64,000 nt of DNA from Thermodesulfobacteriota bacterium (GCA_049514515.1 JBEKUZ010000004.1:15321-79320); one strand, 5' to 3'; positions 54,797-64,000 are shown, counted from the stretch's first letter. The notes: generated by a model from the sequence alone, not told the origin. Numbers and translations are program-made.

Positions 54797-55432
54797 TTAT
54801 TTAAAATTTTTCTCGCCGGTTCGGATCTCGATATTCAGCATATTTTCTCGAGGAGGCAGAACGCAGACGAATTTTTCGTTATACGCGCAAGAGGGATTAT
54901 AGGCCATATTGAAGTCCAAGACCATCTTATAATCTGTCAGGACTTCGGCATCGAGATACCTTCCACCTTCATAAGTCTCTTCTCCGTTCGTCTTATCTTT
55001 AAAAGGAACGAAAAGATAATCGCTCAAAATGGATTTGTAAATTTCAATAGCATATTGCTTCCCATCCAGCGTAAAATGGAATTTCCCGTAGCTAAGATAA
55101 CGCTTGTTTGTCCCTTTGTTCGTTAGGAAGGTGGCATAATATTTCGGGTTATTGATATTGAAAACGAAGCGCTCGATCTTGCCAGAAAAGATATACCCGG
55201 GGTTGAAAGGATAGTATTTTAACCCCTTAAAGTTTCTTTTGTCATGAGGAAGAAGCGGAGAACGCTGATGGTCTCTAAAAAAGGCATCTCGTTCTTTTCT
55301 CCACTCGAGAACCCGTTGCTCTTCGAGTTTCATTTCTTCCTGGGTCCCTCCGCCTACCGCAACAGGAATTCCTTGAATCAGAGTGAAAATTCCGATCATC
55401 CATAGAATAGAAATGATTTTCCTTTTCTTCAT
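54797..55432 (-). CDS. DUF1684-family protein
   Basis: YYPFNPGY...YGKFHF...ETYEGGRYLD...DFNMAYNPSCAYNEKFVCVLPPREN. Start set at MKKRKIISILWMIGIF (signal peptide). Confidence 0.7.
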   Translation of the reverse strand: MKKRKIISILWMIGIFTLIQGIPVAVGGGTQEEMKLEEQRVLEWRKERDAFFRDHQRSPLLPHDKRNFKGLKYYPFNPGYIFSGKIERFVFNINNPKYYATFLTNKGTNKRYLSYGKFHFTLDGKQYAIEIYKSILSDYLFVPFKDKTNGEETYEGGRYLDAEVLTDYKMVLDFNMAYNPSCAYNEKFVCVLPPRENMLNIEIRTGEKNFK

Positions 55433-55496
55433 GCCGAGCCACCAAAACCTCCCGTATCTTAACAAATAGGATACCCAGGCGCAAATCATCTATCAT

Positions 55497-55556
55497 CTTG
55501 ACAGGGTGAACGGCATTCAGTATATTGGCGTTATACGCAATAAAGAATAACGGAGC
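55497..55556 (+). promoter_or_regulatory. Sigma-70-type promoter (TTGACA-N17-TATATT) followed by the inverted repeat CGTTATACG-N9-ATAACG (candidate ModE box)
   Basis: Palindrome CGTTATACGCAATAAAGAATAACG at 55533-55556, just downstream of the -10 and upstream of modE and modABC. Confidence 0.45.
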
Positions 55557-55565
55557 GGGTAAACC

Positions 55566-55901
55566 ATGAAGATCGGTTATAAAGTCTGGCTTGACAATCA
55601 TGGGAAGGCCTTTGGAGATGGCCCTTATGAGCTTTTGAGGCGAGTGGAAAAACTGCTGTCCCTTCACCAAGCGGCCAATCAAATGGGTATGTCCTACAGC
55701 AAGGCATGGCGCTTAATCCAGACCCTGGAAGAAAGGCTTGGCTTTGCTCTTCTGGAGCGGAAGGTCGGCGGCCCATCCGGAGGAGGGTCCCGGGTCACCT
55801 CCCAGGGAAAAGATCTCATGAGCCGATATGAGCGATTTCGGAAGGACGTGGAAAAGGGACTGCTGAAAATCTATGATAAACATTTTGGGCCGCGGAAATA
55901 A
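55566..55901 (+). CDS. modE: ModE-like molybdate-responsive regulator, N-terminal wHTH domain only
   Basis: LSLHQAANQMGMSYSKAWRLIQTLEERLGFALLERKVGGPSGGGSRVT, as in the ModE N-domain. Confidence 0.7.
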   Translation: MKIGYKVWLDNHGKAFGDGPYELLRRVEKLLSLHQAANQMGMSYSKAWRLIQTLEERLGFALLERKVGGPSGGGSRVTSQGKDLMSRYERFRKDVEKGLLKIYDKHFGPRK

Positions 55902-56682
55902 AAGGACGGCAAGGAATTCCTTGATCACCCTCCTTCTCGCTGTCTCGGTGATCCATAGTGCTCAATCCTTGTTTGCCGAGCCAGCAAAAGAGATTACCGT
56001 CTCCGCTGCGATTAGCCTCAAAGACGCATTTGTAGAGATCGGGAAGATCTTTAAAGAGAGGCACCCAGGAGTGAAGCTGGTCTTTAATTTTGCCGCCTCA
56101 GGGGATCTTGCAAGGCAGATTGAGGCCGGCGCCCCCGTCGACCTATTCGCCTCTGCGGCACAAAATGACATGGACGATATTGACCGCAAAGGCCTCCTTG
56201 TGGCCAATTCGAGGGCTAATTTTGCGAGCAATAAAATGGTCTTGGTAAAACCCGCTCGTTCAAGAATCCCCGTAAACTCATTTCAAGACCTCCAAAAAAA
56301 TGAGATAAAAAGGGTGGTCATCGGAAATCCCAAAACGGTTCCGGCAGGGAGATATGCGGAAGGGATTTTAAGATATTTTAGTTTATGGGATGTGGTCAAG
56401 GAAAAACTTGTCTTTGCTGAACACGTCAGACAGGTTTTGGACTATGTTGATAGGAATGAAGTCGATGCAGCCATTCTCTATTCAACAGACGCCTTCCTCA
56501 GAGATAAGCAAGTTAAGACGGTCGCCGTGGCACCGGACGGGAGCCATCAGCCTATTATCTATTCTATTGCTACCGTCAAGGGGACCAAGAATGAGAATTT
56601 AGCGAAATCATTTATTTCTCTTATCCTGTCTGAAGAGGGGAAAAAGGTTCTTCAGAAATTTGGATTCGGGATATTAAAATAA
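55873..56682 (+). CDS. modA: Molybdate/tungstate ABC transporter substrate-binding protein
   Basis: Signal peptide. ModA-type motifs (AAISLKDAF...FNFAASGDLARQIEAGAPVDLFASA). Confidence 0.85.
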   Translation: MINILGRGNKRTARNSLITLLLAVSVIHSAQSLFAEPAKEITVSAAISLKDAFVEIGKIFKERHPGVKLVFNFAASGDLARQIEAGAPVDLFASAAQNDMDDIDRKGLLVANSRANFASNKMVLVKPARSRIPVNSFQDLQKNEIKRVVIGNPKTVPAGRYAEGILRYFSLWDVVKEKLVFAEHVRQVLDYVDRNEVDAAILYSTDAFLRDKQVKTVAVAPDGSHQPIIYSIATVKGTKNENLAKSFISLILSEEGKKVLQKFGFGILK

Positions 56683-56688
56683 AAAGCC

Positions 56689-57354
56689 ATGGAAAGCACC
56701 CTCTTATTCTCTCTGAGACTTTCCGTACAGGTGGCATTGGCCGCAACGTTCCTGATTGTGATGGTAGGCGTTACGGCCGCGTATCTCCTTGCGAGCAAGA
56801 ACTTCAAGGGAAAGGAGTTTATTGATATACTCTTCACCCTCCCTCTGGTACTGCCGCCCACGGTGACCGGCTATTATCTGATTATACTCTTCGGGAGAAA
56901 TGGTCTGATCGGTAGATTTGTTTACGACTGGACAGGATGGGGGATCATGTTTACCTGGTACGCAGCCGTCCTTGCCTCCTTTGTGGTAGCTCTGCCGCTG
57001 ATGATCAGGACCACAAGAGCCGCTATCGAATCCGTAGACAAGAGTCTCATCAACGCGTCGCTCACCTTGGGCCATTCGGAATTTGAAACGGCCCTCCGGG
57101 TCGTGCTTCCTCTTGCAAAAAAGGGCATCCTTGCCGGAACGGTCCTTTCCTTTGCCAGGGCGATGGGAGAATTTGGTGCCACCCTGATGGTTGCAGGAAA
57201 TATCCCTGGAAAAACAAACACCATGCCCCTTGCGATTTATACCTCCGCGAGCAGTGGGGATTGGTCAAAGGCCAATGTCATGGTCATTTTCTTTTCTCTC
57301 CTATCAGGGCTATTTCTTTATATCGCAAACCAATTTACCAAAAGGACGATCTAA
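56689..57354 (+). CDS. modB: Molybdate ABC transporter permease
   Basis: BPD_transp_1 EAA-like loop. 5-6 TM helices. Confidence 0.88.
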   Translation: MESTLLFSLRLSVQVALAATFLIVMVGVTAAYLLASKNFKGKEFIDILFTLPLVLPPTVTGYYLIILFGRNGLIGRFVYDWTGWGIMFTWYAAVLASFVVALPLMIRTTRAAIESVDKSLINASLTLGHSEFETALRVVLPLAKKGILAGTVLSFARAMGEFGATLMVAGNIPGKTNTMPLAIYTSASSGDWSKANVMVIFFSLLSGLFLYIANQFTKRTI

Positions 57355-58064
57355 TGGGATTATCAGTAAAATTGTTGAAAAAAGTCAAAGGATTTACCCT
57401 TGACGTGGAATGGAAGATAGGGAATGAGCTCGCCATTCTTTTTGGTTATTCGGGGTCGGGGAAATCCTTAACCCTTCAATGCGTCGCCGGTCTTATGGAA
57501 CCTGACGAAGGGTTCATTCGCTCCAACGGGGACCTCTTTTTCGATAGCACCTTGGAAATAGATGTGCCTCCTCAAAAACGATCCTTCGGATATGTCTTCC
57601 AGGATCGTGTTCTTTTCCCCCATATGACCGTGAGAGGAAACATAGCCTACGGGCTCAAGGGACTGCGTCATTCCGACATAAAGGATAAAGTGGGCCAAAT
57701 GATGAACCTGTTTCACCTCCAGGGGTTGGAAGACAAGTTCCCTTCGGAAATCTCCGGAGGTCAAAAACAGAGAGTCGCGCTTGCGAGAGCCCTCATCCGG
57801 AGACCCAAAGCGCTCCTTTTAGATGAACCCTTTTCAGCGCTCGATGGCCCGATACGGCTGGAAATGAGACGGCTCCTGAAGGATATCAGAAATGATTTTG
57901 ATATCCCAGTGGTCCTCGTGACGCATGATGTGATCGAAGCTTATGCCATGGCCGACAAAATCATTGTCTATTCAGAAGGGAGAGTCGTTAAGACAGGTTC
58001 GCCATCCGAAATCTTTTATCTCCCGGTAGGCTCAGAGGTGGAACCACTTCGGGATAGAATTTGA
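57354..58064 (+). CDS. modC: Molybdate ABC transporter ATP-binding protein
   Basis: Walker A GYSGSGKS. Signature ISGGQKQRVALARAL. Start at MGLSVKLL overlaps the modB stop (TAATG). Confidence 0.85.
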   Translation: MGLSVKLLKKVKGFTLDVEWKIGNELAILFGYSGSGKSLTLQCVAGLMEPDEGFIRSNGDLFFDSTLEIDVPPQKRSFGYVFQDRVLFPHMTVRGNIAYGLKGLRHSDIKDKVGQMMNLFHLQGLEDKFPSEISGGQKQRVALARALIRRPKALLLDEPFSALDGPIRLEMRRLLKDIRNDFDIPVVLVTHDVIEAYAMADKIIVYSEGRVVKTGSPSEIFYLPVGSEVEPLRDRI

Positions 58065-58459
58065 AACCTCCCAACGAAAGGGGGAGCCTCGAGGGGTGGC
58101 GGGGAAAGCATTACTGCCCCACTGTCTTATTACGACGCGGCCTCTGCTCAATCTCCTCTCCCCGTCTGTTTTCGGCTTATGGTGTGCACATGTTTGTTAC
58201 CCGTTGTGCACAAATGCCCCTTCTCCCAGACCCATCGGTTGCCATCCAGAATTAAAATGAAGACAAATGCGGCCAGGGCCAAATAAATCGAAATACGGTT
58301 GCTTGTATCCGGCACTAGTATTGCCCGCCATAGGAATGTCAGGTTTTCCGGCCCCCCGTCAGGACGGAACAGGGCACTTGCTGGCTAAAGGACGGCGGTT
58401 GCAATCCTCTTATTTCATTCGAACTTCTGGCATAGAGGTCTTCGTTTAGGGGGAAAGCC

Positions 58460-58849
58460 ATGGACATTCCGATGGAGCCAAAAACATTTGGCCTTCTGGT
58501 AGCCATCCTGTTTTCCCTTGTCTCTCTTCTTGTCAATCTCCTTCAGCGCCGTTACGCAAAGAGCCGTTTCGGGCGTACCCTGAGAAAGGAAGAGTCCGTC
58601 GTGAAATTCCTGGGAGCAATAGATAAAAATCTCGGTAAACTGGAAGTCAGTTGCACCCTCGAACTGCAAGGGGTAAGCTCCCCCCAGGAAGTGGGGAAAA
58701 AGATCCATGTGGTACGGAATGAGATTCAATCAGCTATTGCTAACATAGAGGAACATCTTCGCTCCTTTCGTCAGTACCGGCGAAAAGAAAAAAAACGGGG
58801 AAAACAGAGAAAAGGGTTGGAGAAATCATACCAGAGATCGTCAGGATGA
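58460..58849 (+). CDS. Hypothetical small membrane protein with basic C-terminus
   Basis: N-terminal TM helix, Lys/Arg-rich tail, GGGGGAAAG upstream of the ATG. Confidence 0.4.
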   Translation: MDIPMEPKTFGLLVAILFSLVSLLVNLLQRRYAKSRFGRTLRKEESVVKFLGAIDKNLGKLEVSCTLELQGVSSPQEVGKKIHVVRNEIQSAIANIEEHLRSFRQYRRKEKKRGKQRKGLEKSYQRSSG

Positions 58850-58957
58850 GGGGCTTCATGATAAACGTGACCTTGCCCTATCGCTGCGCAATTCTGGGGA
58901 CCGTTGTCGGTCGTTCATGCACCATTTCGGCCGGGGAGGTAGATTTTCTAAATAGGA

Positions 58958-59623
58958 CTATCCCGACTGCCCTTCGCCTTCAATTCGAATCTCGATAGAT
59001 TCGGACGTTTGACATCCTCTCAGAGCTGAAAGCATCCCTTTGATCGTCTTGCTTAAGAAATCTCTGACGAAAGGGGTCATGGGAATTGGCCTTCCATCCA
59101 CCCTTAGAAAGATCTCCTTCTCTTTCTTCGATTTCAGGATGTCTTTCTCGATAAAGTTGGCTAAACCCCTCATATCTTCAAGGTCGAAGCAGGGAACGCC
59201 CACACGAAATTTTTGGTTCGAAACGATAGCAATGAGGTTATCTTTCTTTGCGCAGAGGAGTTTCTTGTGTTTCTCCTTCCGAAAAATCTCAATCTTAGGC
59301 TGAACATCTCTTTTGTATCCTTCAGAGAGGATAAGGTCCACATCCTGAATCCATTTCCTGCGGATCTCATCCAGGGTTAAATCCTTTTCCACATCCCGAA
59401 TCAGGGCGAGCTTTTGCGGCGACGAGATGACGACGGTGTGTGCCCCTGCTTGCTTATGTCGCCAGCTATCTTTCCCTTCTCGATCCACTTCAAACCCGTG
59501 CATGTCGTGCTTGACCGTTGCAACCCGGTAACCCCGCCGGGTCAACTCGGGGACCAATTTTTCAATCAGCGTGGTTTTTCCGCTGTCCGATTTTCCAACG
59601 ATAGAAATGATGGGGATCATCAT
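58958..59623 (-). CDS. mobB: Molybdopterin-guanine dinucleotide biosynthesis adapter protein MobB (with C-terminal extension)
   Basis: IISIVGKSDSGKTTLIEKLVPELTRRGYRVATVKH... P-loop MobB fold. About 60 extra C-terminal residues. Confidence 0.8.
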   Translation of the reverse strand: MMIPIISIVGKSDSGKTTLIEKLVPELTRRGYRVATVKHDMHGFEVDREGKDSWRHKQAGAHTVVISSPQKLALIRDVEKDLTLDEIRRKWIQDVDLILSEGYKRDVQPKIEIFRKEKHKKLLCAKKDNLIAIVSNQKFRVGVPCFDLEDMRGLANFIEKDILKSKKEKEIFLRVDGRPIPMTPFVRDFLSKTIKGMLSALRGCQTSESIEIRIEGEGQSG

Positions 59624-59635
59624 AACCCCTCTAAA

Positions 59636-59780
59636 AGGATTCGAGGATTCAAGGGTCCAAGGGGTCGAGTGTCAACATTGAATTCATTTTTACAATGGCT
59701 AAACATTGATCCACTCCGTCCATCCCTTAGTGTCACTGGAATCCTTGAACCCTAGCCCCCCTTGAACTCTTCAAAGGGTA
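59636..59780. repeat. Composite inverted-repeat element of the GGAATCCTTGAACCC / GGGGTCGAG family
   Basis: GGATTCGAGGATTCAAGGGTCCAAGGGGTCGAG ... GGAATCCTTGAACCCTAGCCCCCTTGAACTCTTC. The two arms are in inverted orientation. Related to 26500-26545 and 34695-34760. Confidence 0.6.
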
Positions 59781-60991
59781 TTATCGAGCAACTGGACTTT
59801 GACCTTCTCCCCTGCTCTCACGATCTCCCGGTCCTCGGGGATGACGATCAAGCCATTTGCCTTAACCATGGATCTTAGAATTCCAGACCCCTGCTCTCCG
59901 GTGGTGGTGACGACGTATTGATCCTTTTCAAGAGAGACGAACCCTCTGACGAAATAACGCCTTCCGATGATCTTCTTTATCTCCTCTTTTAGCGTGGCCT
60001 CGACCAGGGGCCGGAAAATGTGACGGCAGCCCATCATCTTCAAAAGAGAAGGTCTCACAAACTGCTCAAAAGAAATCATGGATGAGACGGGGTTGCCGGG
60101 AAGACCGAACACGGGCTTTTCTCCAATCCTCCCAAAAGCCAAGGGTTGCCCGGGCCTCATGGCCACTTTCCAAAATACCATCTCCATACCCAACTGTTTC
60201 ATGACATCCTTGACGAAATCATAATCACCCACCGAAACCCCGGCTGAAGAGATGAGGACATCTGCTCGGATTCCCTGGCGAAGTTTCTCCTCGATCTCCT
60301 CTTTCCGATCCCTGGCAATACCCAGTTGAAGGGGGATGGCCCCACAATCTTTCACCTGGGCCCCTAAGGTGTACGAATTACTTGAGATGATTTTGACCCC
60401 ATCCAAATCCCCATCCACATCGACTAACTCGTCTCCGGTGCAGAGAATGGCGACCAGCGGCTTCTGATAGACAGAGACAAAAGAGCGTCCTACGGAAGCA
60501 AGCATTCCCACCTCGGCAGGACGCACAATATCTCCTCCGGAGATCACACGATCTCCTTGTTTCACATCCTCGCCGGACTCCCGGATGTTTTCACCAATAC
60601 CAGTCGCTTTGAAGATTAACACGGATCCATCTTCCTTCTTCGTCACCTCAACGGGTACAACCGTATCTGCTCCTTTTGGAATGGGAGCGCCCGTCATAAT
60701 TCGGACGGCCTTTCCCCTCTCGACGGTCTTGGTTGAAACAAAACCTGCGGGAAGATCTTCGATCACGACTAATCGCACAGGATGATCTTGCGAGGCCTGC
60801 CGAACATCCTCTGATCTCAGGGCATACCCATCCATTGCTGAATTATCCAAGGGGGGGATATTTCTCTTGGCGAAGATGTCTTCCGCGATCACCCTTCCTA
60901 AAGCATCTAAAAGGGATACCTTTTCGAATCCTAAGGGCTGGACGTGAGAAAGAATCTTATCTAAGGCTTCATCAACCGGGATCATACGCAA
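59771..60991 (-). CDS. moeA: Molybdopterin molybdotransferase MoeA
   Basis: MoeA N-terminal, MoCF_biosynth (GGVSVGDYD) and C-terminal domains. Confidence 0.9.
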   Translation of the reverse strand: MRMIPVDEALDKILSHVQPLGFEKVSLLDALGRVIAEDIFAKRNIPPLDNSAMDGYALRSEDVRQASQDHPVRLVVIEDLPAGFVSTKTVERGKAVRIMTGAPIPKGADTVVPVEVTKKEDGSVLIFKATGIGENIRESGEDVKQGDRVISGGDIVRPAEVGMLASVGRSFVSVYQKPLVAILCTGDELVDVDGDLDGVKIISSNSYTLGAQVKDCGAIPLQLGIARDRKEEIEEKLRQGIRADVLISSAGVSVGDYDFVKDVMKQLGMEMVFWKVAMRPGQPLAFGRIGEKPVFGLPGNPVSSMISFEQFVRPSLLKMMGCRHIFRPLVEATLKEEIKKIIGRRYFVRGFVSLEKDQYVVTTTGEQGSGILRSMVKANGLIVIPEDREIVRAGEKVKVQLLDNTL

Positions 60992-61343
60992 AATATAACA
61001 TAAAATTTATTCCATGGGAATTCAGGCGGACCTCAGCCTTCCCTCTCTCTTTTGAGGCGGTGTCGCATTTGAACGGAAAAAGATAAAAACGAGACAACCC
61101 CCTGAGGGAGAGGAAATTGCTGATTCGATATACGTGATTGAGGGCCATTGTGAGCGCCACCAAGAACCTGCGGAGTCGCTCCTTATGGGCAAGTGGAAAA
61201 CAGGGTGGAAAGACGAGAAATGCGTAGAAATTATCCAAAAGTCTCTTGGTCTTAACGGTGGGATTTAAGGTGGAGGCTTATCCATTAAAAAGGCTTTCAA
61301 ATTCAATATGTTATACAAATTTGTTCTTCACAATTTCTCCCCT

Positions 61344-61378
61344 TGACAATTTTTCTGCCCCTGTCTTATAATTACTTT
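61344..61378 (+). promoter_or_regulatory. Sigma-70-type promoter TTGACA-N17/18-TATAAT
   Basis: CTTGACAATTTTTCTGCCCCTGTCTTATAATTAC, about 70 bp upstream of the ORF at 61445. Confidence 0.5.
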
Positions 61379-61444
61379 GTAGCTATATTGTGATTACATG
61401 ATCCTTTGCGCGTCTCGTAGATTTGAAACAACCTAATTTAAACG

Positions 61445-61642
61445 ATGCCTCCTAAGAAAGCTCTATTGCCTTACACGCCAACTCAGATGGAAGAACTGAA
61501 TTTTGTTCAGAACAAATCCAAGTTCGAACTCTACGGCGAAGAGATGATTGAGAAGGTTGTCAAACTGAGCGGGAACAGTGGTCGAGTCTATCTTCCTCCG
61601 GAGTGGGTGGGAAAGCATGTCAAGATCATCCGTATCGACTGA
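61445..61642 (+). CDS. Small AbrB/SpoVT-like swapped-hairpin domain protein (DUF2080-like)
   Basis: ...VKLSGNSGRVYLPPEWVGKHVKIIRID. Confidence 0.4.
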   Translation: MPPKKALLPYTPTQMEELNFVQNKSKFELYGEEMIEKVVKLSGNSGRVYLPPEWVGKHVKIIRID

Positions 61643-61649
61643 CCCAGGA

Positions 61650-62090
61650 ATGTTAAAGGGAATCAAAATCCGAAAGATTGGAACTGACAATATCCCTGAG
61701 ATGGTTGCCATCCAAGAAGCCATATTACAGAAAAAGGTTTCCAAAAAGTGGATCCGAATGGTAAAGGCCCGCTTAACAAAACAAGAAGCCGTGGGTTTCG
61801 TTGCCTCCATGGATGATCGAGTTGCCGGATTTATCATCGGAGAGATCAAAGGTGGAAGCTTTGGTTTGGAGCAGAGCGGCTGGATCGAAGTGGTTGGAGT
61901 CCATCCCGGGCACATGGGAGTTGGAATCGGCCGGGTCCTCGCCAAGAAACTCTTCGACTTTTTTGAGAAAAAGGGGATCCGGGACATCTACACCACGGTG
62001 CTCTGGGATGCGGGTGATATGCTTTCCTTCTTCAAGGCGATTGGCTTTGACCGTTCACCATTTATCAATCTCAGGAAACATTTGGATTGA
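61650..62090 (+). CDS. GNAT-family N-acetyltransferase
   Basis: Acetyl-CoA-binding motif VVGVHPGHMGVGIGRVLAKKL. Start set at MLKGIKI. Confidence 0.75.
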   Translation: MLKGIKIRKIGTDNIPEMVAIQEAILQKKVSKKWIRMVKARLTKQEAVGFVASMDDRVAGFIIGEIKGGSFGLEQSGWIEVVGVHPGHMGVGIGRVLAKKLFDFFEKKGIRDIYTTVLWDAGDMLSFFKAIGFDRSPFINLRKHLD

Positions 62091-62342
62091 GGCCTTCTGC
62101 CCTAGCGGGGAGAGAGGGTGCCAAAAACATGAACAACCTGCGCAGTGGAATGCCATGGCTGCCGAGACACCTATCAGCTTGTTGGAAAAATCATTTTTTG
62201 CAGGTTACTCAAAAATGCCCATATGCAAAGCGCCCGAAATCCTGAGGAGTGAGGCGTGCTTGGGTGTACGCCGCAATGACGAAGGATGAGGGCAACGCCG
62301 CAGATGGGCGTTTTTCAGTAACCTGATCGAGGGGCTAAAAAA

Positions 62343-64000
62343 ATGAGGTACTCAGAGACAGGGTATAATTTAGAAATTGATCTATCACGGGGAAACATTG
62401 AGAGGGTAGAAACTGACCCAAGATTAACCGAACTTCATCTTGGGGGTTTGGGTACTAACGCCAAGATATTATGGGATAGGGTTCCCCCTGAAACTGAACC
62501 CTTTTCTCCTGATAATCTGCTCATATTTGGCACTGGTCTTTTAGGCGCCACACCTGCTGCCGGTGCTAATCGTACCATTGTTTCTACCTATTCTCCTCAG
62601 ACTTTGTTAATGGCATATTCAATGATGGGGGGATTTTGGGCGCCAGAATTAAAGTATGCCGGTTATGACAAAGTCATCTTTCGTGGCAAGTCCCCAAATC
62701 TGGTTTATGTGTGGATAAACAATGACAAAGTAGAAATACGTGATGCCTCTCATTTGCGGGGTAAAGGCGCAGGTGAAACTGCAGAACTTATTAAACAGGA
62801 GTTGAAGGAGCCGAACGCCCAGGTGGCTGCTATCGGACTGGCCGGTGAAAACAGGGTCTATACGGCTTCCATCGAGCAGGGCCGCTCCAGTGCCAGCCGG
62901 CTCGGAGTAGGCGCCGTGATGGGAGACAAAGGGATAAAGGCTATAGTTGTTCGTGGAACAAAGGACATCAATGTTGCCCGACCGGCTGAATATATGGAGC
63001 TTTGCAACGAAGTGCTGAAGTACATAAAAGTCCGGGAAGAACATCCAGTTCCGGGGGTCATGACCATTTTACAGGGGCTTGGGTCACCGCAAGAAATGAA
63101 ACACGTCGATGAGGAGTGGCACACCCAGAATTTCATGTGGGGGAATGCCCGCACCCGGAGAAAAGATTTTTGGAACAAGGAAGTCGAAGAGAAGTGGAAG
63201 GAGACTCAAGAAACTGTGCGGACGAGGTTAATCAGTTGCTACAACTGTCCGATGAAATGCGGGGCAATCATTTCCGTCCCAGGAATTTCAACCTACATGA
63301 TGAAATGTTTCTCGAAACTTACTTACACCATGGCGGCTTATTCAGACCTGGATTTTGGTTTTAGAATCGCTCAACGTGCTACGGAGTATGGAGTGGACGG
63401 GTTCTCAACCCCGCAAATTATGGCCTTCGCCTTTGAGCTTAAAGAAGCCGGCATTTTGACTGACGCGGACTTTGCAGGATGCCCATCGGATAACGAGGGG
63501 AAATTTTACTGGTTACTCGACAGAATTGTCCGGCGAGAAGGGATAGGAGACGTGTTGGCCAATGGCACTCATTGGGCGGCCCAACAGATCGGCAAGGGCG
63601 CAGAAGCATATGCTCATAATAACATTAAGAAACACGAGCAGCTGCCTCTCAAGCTGGGAATGCTGAATCCCGTTTATTTCCTTATGTATGCCACCGGCGA
63701 GAAGATAAACATTACCCAGATTGAAGGGCAGTTCCCCCAGTCGCCTTTTCCTACGATGGAGGAGAGAGAAGACTTTTGCAAGGATTGGATCCAGGTTCCT
63801 GATGAAAAGTTTAAGAAGTATCTTCTGGACTGGGAGCTACGCGGAGAACGCTCAAATCCATATTACCCGACTGTTGACATGTCCGTTGATATTGTTGACT
63901 GGCAAGAGATGATGCACTACATTGATGACGCCCTCGGGGTGTGCGCCGGTTTGTCGTCATTTCCGTTAAAGCCTCCCTATCATATCCACAATTACCCGCG
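62343..64000 (+). CDS. aor: Aldehyde:ferredoxin oxidoreductase (tungsten-containing AOR family), 5'-partial view; continues beyond the window
   Basis: Absent from the ORF track because there is no stop in the window. Manual translation is open from the ATG at 62343 to the window end. Canonical AOR N-terminus (MRYSETGYNLEIDLSRGNIERVE...LGGLGTNAKILWDRVPPETEP) and the [4Fe-4S] motif CYNCPMKC. Confidence 0.85.
   Translation, partial: MRYSETGYNLEIDLSRGNIERVETDPRLTELHLGGLGTNAKILWDRVPPETEPFSPDNLLIFGTGLLGATPAAGANRTIVSTYSPQTLLMAYSMMGGFWAPELKYAGYDKVIFRGKSPNLVYVWINNDKVEIRDASHLRGKGAGETAELIKQELKEPNAQVAAIGLAGENRVYTASIEQGRSSASRLGVGAVMGDKGIKAIVVRGTKDINVARPAEYMELCNEVLKYIKVREEHPVPGVMTILQGLGSPQEMKHVDEEWHTQNFMWGNARTRRKDFWNKEVEEKWKETQETVRTRLISCYNCPMKCGAIISVPGISTYMMKCFSKLTYTMAAYSDLDFGFRIAQRATEYGVDGFSTPQIMAFAFELKEAGILTDADFAGCPSDNEGKFYWLLDRIVRREGIGDVLANGTHWAAQQIGKGAEAYAHNNIKKHEQLPLKLGMLNPVYFLMYATGEKINITQIEGQFPQSPFPTMEEREDFCKDWIQVPDEKFKKYLLDWELRGERSNPYYPTVDMSVDIVDWQEMMHYIDDALGVCAGLSSFPLKPPYHIHNYP

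Noticed and set aside
60992-61300. Possible Moco riboswitch upstream of moeA
   Set aside because: There are some GC hairpins, but I cannot match the conserved Moco-motif core from memory. Left unreported as a feature. A covariance-model scan (RF01055) would decide.

Overview
The window is a 64-kb bacterial chromosomal segment at roughly 48-50% GC. The gene content (sigma-54-type pilin promoter, a selenoprotein, tungsten/molybdenum enzyme genes) is consistent with an anaerobic Deltaproteobacteria- or Nitrospirae-like lineage; this is inference from gene content only. The main blocks are: (i) an ABC-2 transporter operon interrupted by a GC-rich TPP-enzyme gene and a NUDIX gene; (ii) an accessory island at about 5.9-13.1 kb with HicAB and DUF4258/DUF2283 toxin-antitoxin pairs, an acyl-CoA dehydrogenase and three uncharacterised genes, bracketed by a ~78-bp direct repeat; (iii) uvrA; (iv) a UGA-encoded selenocysteine glutaredoxin with a SECIS-like hairpin, which the ORF track missed; (v) two-component signalling genes, including a PAS-domain kinase with a tandemly triplicated 378-bp PAS unit; (vi) a complete MSHA-like type IV pilus cluster (PilC, pseudopilins, PilX/LamG protein, PilM-N fusion, PilO, PilP, secretin, ExeA-like ATPase, TPR protein, PilB), then a YfhO-family membrane protein and two tandemly duplicated major pilin genes with a sigma-54-type promoter, directly abutted by an IS1595-family element and a low-GC islet with a HEPN-like protein and a membrane protein; (vii) a selenium-dependent molybdenum-hydroxylase accessory cluster (xdhC, yqeC, yqeB, mocA), bacterioferritin and an AmiC amidase; (viii) CooT-like, NikM/CbiM-like and PDGLE genes, DUF1684, modE-modABC, mobB, moeA, a GNAT acetyltransferase and a partial aldehyde:ferredoxin oxidoreductase running off the window end. 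At DNA level there are several dispersed GC-rich palindromic mini-repeat families, some inserted in-frame inside uvrA and the pilus genes, a recurring CACGGACACG motif just upstream of three start codons, and dense short-repeat arrays flanking yqeC and upstream of the minor-pilin operon. No tRNA, rRNA or CRISPR array was seen.
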